From NCBI GenBank assembly GCA_020343615.1, contig CP070803.1:469709-530505 (forward strand): a stretch of 60,797 nucleotides of DNA, written 5' to 3'. Below the pieces are notes generated by a model that saw only the letters and a list, made by a program, of their open reading frames with translations, ran no database searches and had not been told where the DNA came from. Below are positions 31,818 through 41,972 of this stretch, piece by piece. Every line of letters begins with the position of its first letter. The stretch's first letter is position 1. The translations under genes were made by a program, and so were the position numbers. Source of the DNA: Candidatus Woesearchaeota archaeon (GTDB lineage Archaea; Nanobdellota; Nanobdellia; UBA10117; GCA-020343615).

Positions 31818-33581
31818 ATGGCAGTTAGATGTCCAGTTATATCAGTTTTAGGTCATGTTGACCATGGGAAGACCTTGCTTCTTGATAAGATTAGAGGCAC
31901 TGCTGTCGCTGATAAAGAAGCTGGAAAAATAACACAAGCCATAGGAGCTACAGAAGTTCCCTTAGATACTATCAAGAGCATATGTGGTTCTTTACTGGAC
32001 AGATTTAAGGTTCAGTTTAATATTCCAGGCCTACTTTTCATAGACACACCAGGACATGAAGCTTTTACATCTCTAAGAAGGAGAGGTGGCTCTATTTCTG
32101 ATTTAGCGATTCTTATAATTGATATAAATCAAGGAGTTCAACCACAGACCAAAGAGGCCATTGAAATTATAAAAACATTCAAAGTCCCATTTGTTATTGC
32201 AGCAAGCAAAGTAGACATAGTTCCCAATTGGAAAACCCATTCAAAAATTTTCATAGAAAATATAGCTCAACAAACTGATTTATCTAGGGAAGAATTTGAA
32301 AAGAGAATATACCGACTAATGGGCGCGATTTCAGAGTTAGGTTTTAGTTCTAATCTCTATAACAAAATAGAAGATTATCAGAAGGAAATTGCCATAATTC
32401 CAACTTCTGGAAAAACAGGAGAAGGCATAGCTGAATTACTTGCTTTATTAACAGGTTTAAGTCAAAAATTCTTAGAAAAGAATTTGAATATAGAAGTTAA
32501 GGGCCCAGCTAAAGGTACTGTTCTAGAGATAAAAGAAACAGAAGGTTTGGGAACTACTGCAGACGTAATTATCTATGACGGTACTCTAAGTGTCGGAGAA
32601 GAGATTCTTATTGGTGGACTAGATGATATTGTAAAAACAAAGGTTAAGGCCTTATTGAAACCTTCAGCTTTATCTGAGATTAGAGATTCTAAAACAAGAT
32701 TTACTCATGTTAAATCAGTTACAGCTGCTACAGGTATCAAGATTAGTGCTCTAGATTTAGATAAGGTAAATGCAGGATCTCCAGTTGTATCTATTAAAGC
32801 CAAAGATGCAGAAAAGGAGATAAGAAAAGAACTTGAAGAAGTTAAATTAGAAACACAGGATAAAGGAGTTATAATAAAAGCAGACACTTTAGGATCACTA
32901 GAAGCCTTCCTTAACATACTCGAACAAAACGATATCCCAGTAAAAAAAGCAAGAATTGGGAATGTGAATAAAAAGGATATTGCTGATGCTTCAGCTTCAA
33001 TGGAAAAGGATCCTTTTTACGGAGTCATTCTTGGATTCAACGTGAAATGCGATGATACTATCGCTAGAGATGCTAACAAATGTAAGGTTGATGTTGTAAC
33101 GCATCCGGTTATCTATAAAGTACTAGAAGAATACCAGGAGAAATGTGAAAAAAAGAGAAAGCAAATGGAATTAGAGGAACTGGAAGGAGTCAAGTGGCCA
33201 GCTAAGATTAAGTCACTTTCAGGTTATGTTTTTAGACAATCTAATCCAGCAATTTTCGGCGTCGAAGTTATGGCTGGAGAATTAAGAAATAATGTTGATG
33301 TGATGAATGAAAATGGTACTATTTTAGGAGAAATAAAGACCATAGAGTCCGAAGGTAATAAGTTAGATTCTGCTAAAACTGGAGAGAAAGTAGCAATAGC
33401 ATTAATGGGTCCTACATTCGGAAGACAGATAAAAGAAGGCGATACCTTAATTGTCAGTGTTCCTGAATCAGATTTTAAGAAGTTAAAGAAAAAGAAAAAT
33501 CTCCTTTGTGGAGCAGAAATCAGTTTATTACAAGAAATTGCAAGAATAAAAAGAAAAACTGATGAAATGTGGGGAGTATGA
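31818..33581 (+). CDS. infB: translation initiation factor aIF5B
   Basis: VLGHVDHGKTLLLDKIRGT, DTPGHEAF and SKVD motifs, plus a four-domain length (587 aa) typical of aIF5B. Confidence 0.95.
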   Translation: MAVRCPVISVLGHVDHGKTLLLDKIRGTAVADKEAGKITQAIGATEVPLDTIKSICGSLLDRFKVQFNIPGLLFIDTPGHEAFTSLRRRGGSISDLAILIIDINQGVQPQTKEAIEIIKTFKVPFVIAASKVDIVPNWKTHSKIFIENIAQQTDLSREEFEKRIYRLMGAISELGFSSNLYNKIEDYQKEIAIIPTSGKTGEGIAELLALLTGLSQKFLEKNLNIEVKGPAKGTVLEIKETEGLGTTADVIIYDGTLSVGEEILIGGLDDIVKTKVKALLKPSALSEIRDSKTRFTHVKSVTAATGIKISALDLDKVNAGSPVVSIKAKDAEKEIRKELEEVKLETQDKGVIIKADTLGSLEAFLNILEQNDIPVKKARIGNVNKKDIADASASMEKDPFYGVILGFNVKCDDTIARDANKCKVDVVTHPVIYKVLEEYQEKCEKKRKQMELEELEGVKWPAKIKSLSGYVFRQSNPAIFGVEVMAGELRNNVDVMNENGTILGEIKTIESEGNKLDSAKTGEKVAIALMGPTFGRQIKEGDTLIVSVPESDFKKLKKKKNLLCGAEISLLQEIARIKRKTDEMWGV

Positions 33582-33585
33582 CTTC

Positions 33586-33888
33586 TTATTTATAGAGGTT
33601 CTTTTTTGCTTCATTAACAAGTGTAGAAGAATAATCATCTAATTTTTTATCGAATACGTTGTCACCTGTTCTCTTATTCTTACCAACATAGGTTACACTC
33701 CCTCCTGTATTTTTTGAAAGCGCGTCTCCTAGTTTTTTTGTATCGTCTTTACTTAGAGGCAGTTTTACCCGTATTATATTTGACTCCAAACTTGCATTCT
33801 CAGGAAGCTTTTCGTCTCCTGTAGATTTTGCTCTAGCTTCTCTTTTTTTAACCAAATCCATTAAATTTGCTGTAATCTTGCTTACCAT
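33586..33888 (-). CDS. hypothetical protein
   Basis: 100-aa ORF convergent with infB. No family recognised. Confidence 0.45.
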   Translation of the reverse strand: MVSKITANLMDLVKKREARAKSTGDEKLPENASLESNIIRVKLPLSKDDTKKLGDALSKNTGGSVTYVGKNKRTGDNVFDKKLDDYSSTLVNEAKKNLYK

Positions 33889-33995
33889 AAAACAGTTTTA
33901 ATTTGAAAGTGATTTATAATACTTTTGTATATACTACTTATAAGAAATAGCAAATAGTAAGTTTTATATATTTCTTTAAATGACGTTGGAATACT

Positions 33996-34439
33996 ATGGA
34001 AGTATTAAAGAAAAGAATAGAGAAACGTCGTGAAGAATTCGAAAAAGAAGTAGAGGATCTAGTTAATAAAGTAAAAGGCCTTATAGATGAAAAAACTAAT
34101 GAATTATTGGAAGAGATAAAAGAGTACGAATCTTTGATGGATATGAATAATTATGATCCAGATATAGAGAAACTGGGGTTAGATATAGTAGTATGGGGAG
34201 ATGATAGTCCTAATGATATATATATTAAAGTGAATAATCCTTCGCTAGCATTACTAAAAATGTCACAAATAGCACTAGAAGATAGAAGTGAACAAAGTTA
34301 TTCTAAGGAAAATCTTATGACTATAAAAAAGTTATTTGATGGTCTACCTAAAGATATGAAAGATAACGTAAGAGAATGGTACCAAGGTACTGTCTGTGAG
34401 TACATCCAAACTGGGAAAGTACATGATAAGAAAAAGTGA
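33996..34439 (+). CDS. hypothetical coiled-coil protein
   Basis: 147 aa, E/K-rich. AGTTTTATATATT lies ~30 nt upstream. Confidence 0.5.
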   Translation: MEVLKKRIEKRREEFEKEVEDLVNKVKGLIDEKTNELLEEIKEYESLMDMNNYDPDIEKLGLDIVVWGDDSPNDIYIKVNNPSLALLKMSQIALEDRSEQSYSKENLMTIKKLFDGLPKDMKDNVREWYQGTVCEYIQTGKVHDKKK

Positions 34440-34497
34440 TAATGTATTTCTTTAATATGGAAAGAAATATAAATTATAACTGAGACAAAAAGATAAA

Positions 34498-34920
34498 ATG
34501 GGTATTTTTGATGGAGAAAAAGAGCCAAAAAAAGCCTTCTTAGATTTAGATATGAAGGAAGAAGAGTTAATCAAAGAGATAGAAAAAGAGGCTGATAGAG
34601 AAATACAAGAATTACTAGAAACTATAAGATTAATCAAGGACGTAAAGAACAGGGGTCTCTACATTCTAGAAAAAATGAATGATCTTGATAGCGTTCTAAA
34701 AGGAGAAGCAAAGACATCCAAACTGGAATTCAATAGAAGAGAATACATAGCAGGTACTCTAGAGATATTGGACAGACAATTAGAAAAGCTCAAGACAGAA
34801 GAATTGGTAGCTCTTCAAGAGGAAAAAGAAGAAGATAAGCTTGAAAAATTCATTTTAAGCTTAACAAAAAAAGCTGATAAGATATTAGGTGATGCTAAAA
34901 AAGAACTTGAAAGTAAATAA
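34498..34920 (+). CDS. hypothetical coiled-coil protein
   Basis: 140 aa, E/K/L-rich heptads. Confidence 0.5.
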   Translation: MGIFDGEKEPKKAFLDLDMKEEELIKEIEKEADREIQELLETIRLIKDVKNRGLYILEKMNDLDSVLKGEAKTSKLEFNRREYIAGTLEILDRQLEKLKTEELVALQEEKEEDKLEKFILSLTKKADKILGDAKKELESK

Positions 34921-34945
34921 TAACCCATTATTATAATAGAGAATA

Positions 34946-35290
34946 ATGAAACCATTATCTCCCACTTTAAAAGAAAAAAAGAGATACATTTTGATTAAAT
35001 TAATCTCAGACTCCAGCTTCAGATTTTCAGTTATTGAAAGCGAGCTAAGACAGAAAATCAAGGAGTTTTTAGGAGAATTAGAGACCTCAAAAGCAGGCTT
35101 AATATTCTTTAAAGAGACTTGGGAGCCAAAGAGTAAAACTTTTATATTAAGGGTAGGAATTAAGCAAGTAGATAAGGTAAAAGGAGCTATAACCCTAATA
35201 AAAAGTATTAAAAACAAGCCAGTAATGTTTAGTAGTTTAAAGACATCTGGAAAATTGAATAAATTGAAAAATTTTCAAAAGGTGAAATAA
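34946..35290 (+). CDS. rnp2: RNase P protein component 2 (Pop5/Rpp14)
   Basis: LSPTLKEKKRYILIKLISD...FLGELETSKAGL...FILRV...LKTSGKLNKLK matches the archaeal Pop5 pattern. It occupies the conserved position directly upstream of psmA. Confidence 0.85.
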   Translation: MKPLSPTLKEKKRYILIKLISDSSFRFSVIESELRQKIKEFLGELETSKAGLIFFKETWEPKSKTFILRVGIKQVDKVKGAITLIKSIKNKPVMFSSLKTSGKLNKLKNFQKVK

Positions 35291-35971
35291 ATGGTAGAAG
35301 TACCCCAAAAGATGGGCTATGATCGGGCAACATCTGTTTTTAGTCCCGATGGAAGATTATTACAAGTCGAATATGCTAAAACAGCAGTAAATAAAGGAGC
35401 TTTAGCTTTAGGAATCGTCTGTAAGGATTCAGTACTCTTAATGGCTGATAGGAGATTAGCAAGTAAATTATTGACAAAAGACTCAGTCAAGAAAGTACTA
35501 AAAATAGACGATCATGTTATAGCTACAGCTTCTGGTTTAATATCAGACGCCAGAGTTTTGGTAAAGAAATGTAGAATAAAATCGCAGCAGAATAAATTGG
35601 TATATGGAAAGGAAATCGATATCGAGTCATTGATAAAATACGTGGCAGATATCGAGCAACTTTATACTCAATATGGAGGAATAAGACCTTTTGGAATTTC
35701 CTTCCTTATAGCAGGTGTAGATTCAAAGCCTAGGTTGTTTATGACAGAACCTAGTGGAATTTATTTTGGTTATAAGGCCAGAGCTATCGGTCAAAAGGCA
35801 GATGAGGCTAATAAATTATTAGAGAAGAAGTACAAAACAGACCTGAAGTTAAACGAAGGAATCGAGTTAGCTAAATCTGTATTCAAAAAAGTTTTAGGAA
35901 AAGAGTATTCTGCTGAAAGAATTGAGGCAATGAGTGTAACTCCAAAAGGCATAGAGAGAATAAAAGTATAG
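35291..35971 (+). CDS. psmA: proteasome alpha subunit
   Basis: YDRATSVFSPDGRLLQVEYA signature and RPFGISFLIAG. Confidence 0.95.
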   Translation: MVEVPQKMGYDRATSVFSPDGRLLQVEYAKTAVNKGALALGIVCKDSVLLMADRRLASKLLTKDSVKKVLKIDDHVIATASGLISDARVLVKKCRIKSQQNKLVYGKEIDIESLIKYVADIEQLYTQYGGIRPFGISFLIAGVDSKPRLFMTEPSGIYFGYKARAIGQKADEANKLLEKKYKTDLKLNEGIELAKSVFKKVLGKEYSAERIEAMSVTPKGIERIKV

Positions 35972-35976
35972 ATAAA

Positions 35977-36693
35977 ATGGCACATCCTCAGCAGACTTAT
36001 GACAAAGAGAGACTATCATTAAATCTTGCAAGATTAAAGAGAGGCGGAGATAATTTTGAAATAATTCTTGAAGATCCTAAATCAGCGTTAGAGTTTAAGG
36101 AAGGTAAAAAGATTTCTCCTCGCGAGTTTCTCAGAAGTGAAGAGGTTTTTAAGGACGCTAAAAAAGGTAAAGAAGCATCAGAACACGAGATGGAAAAGAT
36201 ATTTGGAACTTCTAATCCTTTAGAAGTGGCCAAAGTTATAATTATGGAAGGTGAGATGCAACTAACAACAGAGATACGAAAGGAAATGTATGAAGCTAAG
36301 AGGAAAATGATAATTGATTATATTCATATGAATACTATTGATCCTAAGACTAAGACACCGCATCCTCATCAAAGAATTGAGCTAGCTATGGAGCAAGCCA
36401 AGGTCAAGATAGACCCTTATGATAGCGTAAAATATCAAATTAAGAAAATATTACCTGAACTAAGGACTATAATTCCTTTAGCTGTTGAGTCCTCTAAGTT
36501 ATACATTCTAGTTCCAAATAGATACGCTGCAAAGGCATATTCTGTTTTGAAAGGGAAGTATGATGTTAGCCAAGAGCAATGGAATAATGACGGTTCTGTG
36601 AATTTTCAGGTGGAGTGTAAACCCGGTATAAAACCGGAAATAATAGACATTGTTAATAAATTAACAGATGGAGAAGCAGAGGTTAAAGAATAA
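35977..36693 (+). CDS. SBDS/Sdo1 family ribosome maturation protein
   Basis: ARLKRGGDNFEIILEDP...EVFKDAKKGKEASE pattern, in the conserved superoperon position. Confidence 0.88.
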   Translation: MAHPQQTYDKERLSLNLARLKRGGDNFEIILEDPKSALEFKEGKKISPREFLRSEEVFKDAKKGKEASEHEMEKIFGTSNPLEVAKVIIMEGEMQLTTEIRKEMYEAKRKMIIDYIHMNTIDPKTKTPHPHQRIELAMEQAKVKIDPYDSVKYQIKKILPELRTIIPLAVESSKLYILVPNRYAAKAYSVLKGKYDVSQEQWNNDGSVNFQVECKPGIKPEIIDIVNKLTDGEAEVKE

Positions 36694-36694
36694 A

Positions 36695-37417
36695 ATGGTA
36701 GAAAAATTATTAGTAGAAAATAAAAATATAGTTGTTCCTGGAGAAGTTCTGGCAGAAGGAATGAATTTCTTACCAGGTAAAAGAGCATTTAGAGAGAAAG
36801 AAAAGATATGCGCTTCGATACTAGGATTAGTAAACATAAATGGAAGGGTGATAAGTGTAATACCCTTGTCTGGAGCGTATATGCCAAACAAGGACGATGT
36901 AGTTATCGGCCAGATAGAAGATGTTGGTTTTTCTGGTTGGCATGTGAATATATTCTGCCCATATCCGGCAGACCTCAACGTAGCTGAGGCAACAAGAAAA
37001 TACCTAGATACAAACAAAACAGAACTTACAAGATTTTTAGACATAGGCGAGTATATTTTTGCCAAAGTCATAAAGGTAAGTAGTTCTAAATTTGTAATAC
37101 TAACCATGAAAGACAGACCCTATAGGAAACTTAAGGAAGGAACTATAATCAAGATATGTTCCACAAAAATACCAAGGTTGATAGGAAAGAAAGGAAGCAT
37201 GGTAAATATGTTGAAACAATCTTCTGGCTGTGAAATATTAATTGGTCAGAACGGGTTAGTATGGATCAGTGGAGACCCAGAAAAAGAACAAATGGTAGTA
37301 AGAGCAATCAGTAAAATCGAAGAAGAAGCCCATAGAGAAGGTCTAACAGATAGAATAAAAACTATGTTAGGTGGAGAAAATGGTAAAAAAAGGACAGCCA
37401 GAGAAACTAATAGTTAA
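36695..37417 (+). CDS. rrp4: exosome complex RNA-binding protein Rrp4 (S1 + KH)
   Basis: VVPGEVLAEG..., an S1-like core (DDVVIGQIEDV...W.V) and KH GKKGSMVNMLKQSSGCEILIGQNGLVWI. Start trimmed to ATG 36695 (MVEKLL), 1 nt after the SBDS stop. Confidence 0.9.
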   Translation: MVEKLLVENKNIVVPGEVLAEGMNFLPGKRAFREKEKICASILGLVNINGRVISVIPLSGAYMPNKDDVVIGQIEDVGFSGWHVNIFCPYPADLNVAEATRKYLDTNKTELTRFLDIGEYIFAKVIKVSSSKFVILTMKDRPYRKLKEGTIIKICSTKIPRLIGKKGSMVNMLKQSSGCEILIGQNGLVWISGDPEKEQMVVRAISKIEEEAHREGLTDRIKTMLGGENGKKRTARETNS

Positions 37418-38102
37418 GGGTAAGAGACTGGATGGTCGAGGATTTGACCAGATGCGAGATGTTTCTATCAAGGCAGGAGTCATTCCAGAAGCAGAAGGAT
37501 CTGCAGAATTAAGCCTTGGTGAAACTAAAGTCATAGCAGCAGTCTATGGCCCTCGTGAAGTTATACCAAAGCATCTAGCTAATCCTGAGAAAGGGATTAT
37601 CAAGTGTGTTTATACGATGGCGAGTTTTGCCACACCTGATAGAAATAGACCAGGACCATCAAGAAGATCAGTAGAGATATCAAAGGTAATGGCAGAAGCA
37701 TTAACACCAGTTGTCAATTTGGAAAAATATCCGAAAACATCAATAGATGTTTTTGTAGAAGTAACTAATGCCAATGCAGGAACAAGAACTGCGGCAATAA
37801 ACGCAGCTTCTGTAGCATTAGCAGATGCTGGCATAGAGATGAATGATTTGGTGACTAGCATTGCCGGAGGTAAGGCTGATGGTCAGCTTATCTTAGACCT
37901 ATTCAATCCAGAAGATAACTATGGAGAAGCAGATCTTCCAATAGCATATCTTCCTAGAACTGGCGAAGTTAGCTTACTTCAGATGGACGGTGAGTTAACA
38001 CCAGCAGAGATAGAGAAACTATTGAAGATGATAAAAAAGGCATGTGAAGAACTTTACAAAAAACAAAAAAATGCCTTAAGAGAGAGGTACAAGTTAAAAT
38101 GA
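37380..38102 (+). CDS. rrp41: exosome complex exonuclease Rrp41 (RNase PH domain)
   Basis: RLDGRGFDQMRDV...AEGSAELSLGETKVIAAVYGPRE...NAGTRTAAINAASVALADAGI. Overlaps the rrp4 3' end. Confidence 0.9.
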   Translation: MVKKGQPEKLIVKGKRLDGRGFDQMRDVSIKAGVIPEAEGSAELSLGETKVIAAVYGPREVIPKHLANPEKGIIKCVYTMASFATPDRNRPGPSRRSVEISKVMAEALTPVVNLEKYPKTSIDVFVEVTNANAGTRTAAINAASVALADAGIEMNDLVTSIAGGKADGQLILDLFNPEDNYGEADLPIAYLPRTGEVSLLQMDGELTPAEIEKLLKMIKKACEELYKKQKNALRERYKLK

Positions 38103-38875
38103 AAATACTCAAATCTCATTTAAAATCAGTTATAAGCAAGGGAAAAAGAGACGATGGCAGAGAGCTAGTGGAATATAGAGACATAAAAATTGAAGTTAAT
38201 CCTATTCAAAGAGCTAATGGCTCAGCAAGGGTAAGATTAGGTAACACAGATGTTATCGTCGGCGTAAAGATAGAGCTAGGTGAACCATTCCCAGATACAC
38301 CGGAAGATGGAGTACAAATAGTTAACGCAGAATTAAACTCTATAGCGAGTCCAGATTTTGAAGAAGGTCCTCCAAGACCAGAAGCAATAGAACTCGCCAG
38401 AGTTGTGGATAGAGGTATAAGAGAAGGAAAAGCAATAGATACTGGTAAATTATGCATTACTCCTGGAGAGAAGGTTTGGTGTGTATTCATGGATATCTAC
38501 CCAATGAATGCAGATGGTAATTTATTTGATGCTAGTGCTTTAGCAGCAATAATTGCATTGAAGAATGCTAGATTCCCTAAATACGATAAGAAAACAGATG
38601 AAATTAAATACGATGAACTTACTAATGAAAAATTACCAATTAAGACCACCCCGATACTAAACACATACGGGAAGATAAATAACAGTATATTTTTAGACCC
38701 ATCGTCAAGTGAAGAGAAAGTTTTAGATGCTAGGATTTCAGTAGCAACATTAGAGAATGGAAATGTGTGCGCAATGCAAAAAGGAGAAACTGGCACATTC
38801 ACTATAGACGAAATAAATAAAATTACGAAAGACTCTAAGAAGTATGCAGAAAAATTGAGAAAGCTGGTAAAATGA
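38099..38875 (+). CDS. rrp42: exosome complex component Rrp42
   Basis: KRDDGRELVEYRDIKIEVNPIQRANGSARVRLGNTDVIVGVK...DGNLFDASALAAIIALKNARFP. ATGA overlap with rrp41. Confidence 0.9.
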   Translation: MKILKSHLKSVISKGKRDDGRELVEYRDIKIEVNPIQRANGSARVRLGNTDVIVGVKIELGEPFPDTPEDGVQIVNAELNSIASPDFEEGPPRPEAIELARVVDRGIREGKAIDTGKLCITPGEKVWCVFMDIYPMNADGNLFDASALAAIIALKNARFPKYDKKTDEIKYDELTNEKLPIKTTPILNTYGKINNSIFLDPSSSEEKVLDARISVATLENGNVCAMQKGETGTFTIDEINKITKDSKKYAEKLRKLVK

Positions 38876-39072
38876 AAAAGAAATATACTAAGTATGAAAA
38901 AGCAAGAATTATAGGAGCAAGAGCTCTACAACTGGCTATGGGCGCTCCTCTTTTGATTAAAAAATCTAAGAGTATAGTATCAGTAATAGACTTAGCCCGA
39001 AAAGAATTTGAATCTGAAGTGCTACCTATTACTGTAAATAGACCAAAACCAACAAAATCAGTGATAGAATGA
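38872..39072 (+). CDS. rpoK: DNA-directed RNA polymerase subunit K (Rpo6)
   Basis: KYTKYEKARIIGARALQLAMGAPLLI...PITVNR. 4-nt overlaps on both sides. Confidence 0.85.
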   Translation: MKKKYTKYEKARIIGARALQLAMGAPLLIKKSKSIVSVIDLARKEFESEVLPITVNRPKPTKSVIE

Positions 39073-40244
39073 GTATACTAGATATAAAAGCCTTTAAGGT
39101 ACTGAACTCAAGGTCAGACCCGACTATAGGAGTTCAGGTTAAAACTGAAAAAGGCAAGGCTTGGGCAGCTGCTCCTAGTGGAGCGAGTGTTGGTAAGGCA
39201 GAAGCAAAAGCTTACCCTCATGGTATTGACGCAGCAATAGCACATATTAATTCTAAGGCAGATAAATTAAAGAAAATAGACATAGAAGAATTTAAGGACC
39301 TTAAGAAAATAGAGTCTGAGATAAATATTTCTAAATCAGGAGCAAATGCAACAATAGCCTTAGAATATGCATTCCTTAAAGGTCTAGCTCTTGAAAAACA
39401 AGAACCAATATGGAGAGTAATTAATCCAAAGGCCAAGAAAATGCCTAAGTTGCTGAGCAATGTGGTTGGTGGAGGTTCTCATGCTGCAGGTGGTCTAGAT
39501 ATACAAGAGATATTGGTTTATTCTAATTCTAAGACTTTTGCTGATGGAGCCTTTCTTAATGCAGAAATACATAAAAAAATAAAGTTAAAGCTCGAAAAGA
39601 AAGACAGTTATTTCATAGGTGGCAAGACTGATGAAGGAGCGTGGACAACTTACCTTTCTGACTTAGAAGCGCTAAGACTGGTAAGAGATGTAATAGACCA
39701 TGAAAAGACAAAGATGTATATGGGAATTGATCTTGCAGCATCACAGCTTTACAAAAATGAACAGTATATCTGGAAAAATTATGCTTACAAAAGCAGGAAA
39801 AAGAGCTTTACACAACAGGAACATATTGATTTAGTTAAGGACGTGATCAAAAGATTCAAGTTAAAATACGTAGAAGATCCTGTATATGAAGACGACTTTA
39901 AAGGATTTGCAGAACTCAATAAGTTAGATACAGATGTTTGTGGTGATGATCTAACAGCCACAAATGTAGAGAGAATAAGAAGAGCAATAAGAACCAAGTC
40001 TATTAGCGCCATTATAATAAAGCCAAATCAAGTTGGTAGCGTAGTAAAAACAATAGATGCTATTAACCTGGCTAAAAGAGCTGGCTTGAAGATAGCATTC
40101 TCTCACAGATCAGGTTCTACAGAAGATGCTACCCTAGTTCACATTGCCAAGGCTTTCGAAGCTGACTTTGTGAAGATTGGGATTTCCGGTGGCGAGAGAA
40201 CAGTTAAGATAAACGAATTAATCAGAATAGAACAAGGTTTATAA
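39069..40244 (+). CDS. eno: enolase (compact, 391 aa)
   Basis: APSGASVGKAEA, GGGSHA...DIQEIL, TDEGAW, IDLAAS, VEDPVYEDD, CGDDLTATN, IIKPNQVG, SHRSGSTED and a C-terminal GGERTVKINELIRIE. All residue positions I associate with catalysis and metal binding appear present. Confidence 0.85.
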   Translation: MSILDIKAFKVLNSRSDPTIGVQVKTEKGKAWAAAPSGASVGKAEAKAYPHGIDAAIAHINSKADKLKKIDIEEFKDLKKIESEINISKSGANATIALEYAFLKGLALEKQEPIWRVINPKAKKMPKLLSNVVGGGSHAAGGLDIQEILVYSNSKTFADGAFLNAEIHKKIKLKLEKKDSYFIGGKTDEGAWTTYLSDLEALRLVRDVIDHEKTKMYMGIDLAASQLYKNEQYIWKNYAYKSRKKSFTQQEHIDLVKDVIKRFKLKYVEDPVYEDDFKGFAELNKLDTDVCGDDLTATNVERIRRAIRTKSISAIIIKPNQVGSVVKTIDAINLAKRAGLKIAFSHRSGSTEDATLVHIAKAFEADFVKIGISGGERTVKINELIRIEQGL

Positions 40245-40289
40245 ATGATTCATCAAAAAGAAGTGTCTATAGAAATATAGTAGCTTACT

Positions 40290-40835
40290 ATGACATACCT
40301 AATTGAAGGAACAGTGATTAGAGAAGAGAAACCGGATAAATACATTAATAATTATGTTTCAAAAACAGTTAAGAAATTTGGACCAACAACAGAAATAGAT
40401 ACTATAATTACAAATTCTGAGAAGTTTACTCATAGATCAGATCGTAAGTTTGAATATATAGATACTCTAAAAAAAGCAGTTAAACTATGTGAAAAAAAAG
40501 AAGTAGACGTTTCTAAGTCAAAGTTATTTGTGCCAAGTAGAGGCTGGGAGAGCTATTTAGATATGCTCTTTAGGGAGACAAAAGAGTATAAAACTTTATC
40601 AGGGGAGCTTGAATTATGGAAAGAATTTAGAGTTCCATCCCCGTGGTTATACTTCTATGCACGTGGAAAATTAGAGAATAGTTTTGCTTATGATTCTGAA
40701 TCAAAAAGTTTTGTAAATACCCCTCTTAAGGGTAAAACAAAGAAAACAAGTTACGGAATTATGAGTCCTATTAGATCCTGGGAAAGAACTAACGTAATAG
40801 TTAGAGTAGAACAAGGTTATAGAATCAACTATTGA
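40290..40835 (+). CDS. hypothetical protein
   Basis: 181-aa ORF. No family recognised. Confidence 0.5.
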   Translation: MTYLIEGTVIREEKPDKYINNYVSKTVKKFGPTTEIDTIITNSEKFTHRSDRKFEYIDTLKKAVKLCEKKEVDVSKSKLFVPSRGWESYLDMLFRETKEYKTLSGELELWKEFRVPSPWLYFYARGKLENSFAYDSESKSFVNTPLKGKTKKTSYGIMSPIRSWERTNVIVRVEQGYRINY

Positions 40836-41917
40836 GAGATATTAATTATCTTATCAACGTTTTTCATAGCTTCATTATATCCTTCTTTAAGTTGTTTAGA
40901 TAGTCCAAATCTAATTAAATCCTTAAACGCACCGAGTAACTCATAATCTTTTCTTAGTAAAGAAAAATATGACCTTGCAAGAGCATACATATCCTCTATT
41001 CCTTCTTCAATATTATGTCTGTATTTTTTCGGATTACTAAAGAAACCATCAACATAAAAATCAGGATCATTGTCAATTGCATGCTTCATACCTTGAAGGA
41101 TCATAGGAGTTGTCTTTCTGTCATACCAGTCCCCTCTAAATTTCCTGTCCTTGTCTTTAAGGTCCTTACCATCATCAAGTGTTAGCTGTAATGCTCCAGA
41201 ACCCACCTTAGAAAAAAAATCCGTGCTTTCTGCATACTTTTTAAGAGAAGTATCGTTAAACCAGGTTTCAGCTCCAATTCTAAAAGCAGCTTGATAAAGT
41301 GCAGAAAGTCTCCTATGAGTTAATTCTGAATATGTTTTAGGATTAAAAGTGTATATGTCTTCGATATCAAAATCTAGAGTTTTTAAGTCATTTAATTCAA
41401 GTTCTGTATCATAATTACTTATTATCCTTTCAAGATCTTTACTAAGGACCCCTTTCCTTAATTTCTCCATCTGGGCATCTTCCCAGTTTTCATAAACCAT
41501 AGAATAATTCATAGCCTTGTTGAAAATATGAAGAACATCTAGCTCTTCTGCTATAGATTTTGCCTTGTTTAAAGCCCAATCTCGTGATTCCTCTAACTCT
41601 CTTCTTTTTTCACTACTTAAATCCTTTTCATCTTTTAATATATTTATAAGATCCCCGCCATAAAGTCCGAAAGCTATACCTGCAGTTGAGGAATCAAACT
41701 TACCAACTGTTTTTGCATCGTCAGAGGAGTTTAGCGTATCATGAGCTATATATATAGGAATAAGGCCCACACTTAATAGAGTAGTTTCATGGGTTTGCTT
41801 CCGACCAAGTTCTCGTTCATGAAGTTCGTTTATACTGTGAATCATATGCTCGATTTGCTTCTTTACTTTAGACTTAGATACTCTCGCTATTGGAACATAA
41901 GCTGTTAATCGTAACAT
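40829..41917 (-). CDS. hypothetical protein
   Basis: 362-aa ORF with normal composition. No family recognised. Confidence 0.55.
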   Translation of the reverse strand: MLRLTAYVPIARVSKSKVKKQIEHMIHSINELHERELGRKQTHETTLLSVGLIPIYIAHDTLNSSDDAKTVGKFDSSTAGIAFGLYGGDLINILKDEKDLSSEKRRELEESRDWALNKAKSIAEELDVLHIFNKAMNYSMVYENWEDAQMEKLRKGVLSKDLERIISNYDTELELNDLKTLDFDIEDIYTFNPKTYSELTHRRLSALYQAAFRIGAETWFNDTSLKKYAESTDFFSKVGSGALQLTLDDGKDLKDKDRKFRGDWYDRKTTPMILQGMKHAIDNDPDFYVDGFFSNPKKYRHNIEEGIEDMYALARSYFSLLRKDYELLGAFKDLIRFGLSKQLKEGYNEAMKNVDKIINISQ

Positions 41918-41972
41918 AGTAATTAATTATCCAGAAAGGTTTATATTATTTTTTATTTATTTTCTCTTTATA

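Noticed and set aside
36606-37107. Minus-strand ORFs 36606-36788 and 36661-37107, and similar antisense ORFs at 35791-36233, 37610-37861, 38206-38802 and 39218-40012
   Set aside because: All are antisense to conserved exosome-superoperon genes (SBDS, Rrp4, Rrp41, Rrp42, enolase) and have no independent support.
39069-40244. Possibility that the short (391 aa) enolase is a non-catalytic pseudoenzyme
   Set aside because: The motif positions I associate with catalysis and metal binding (SGAS, H in GGSHA, E in QEI, DEG, D in IDLAAS, EDP/EDD, GDDL, K in KPNQ, SHRSG, K in VKIG) are all present. The shortening seems confined to loops.
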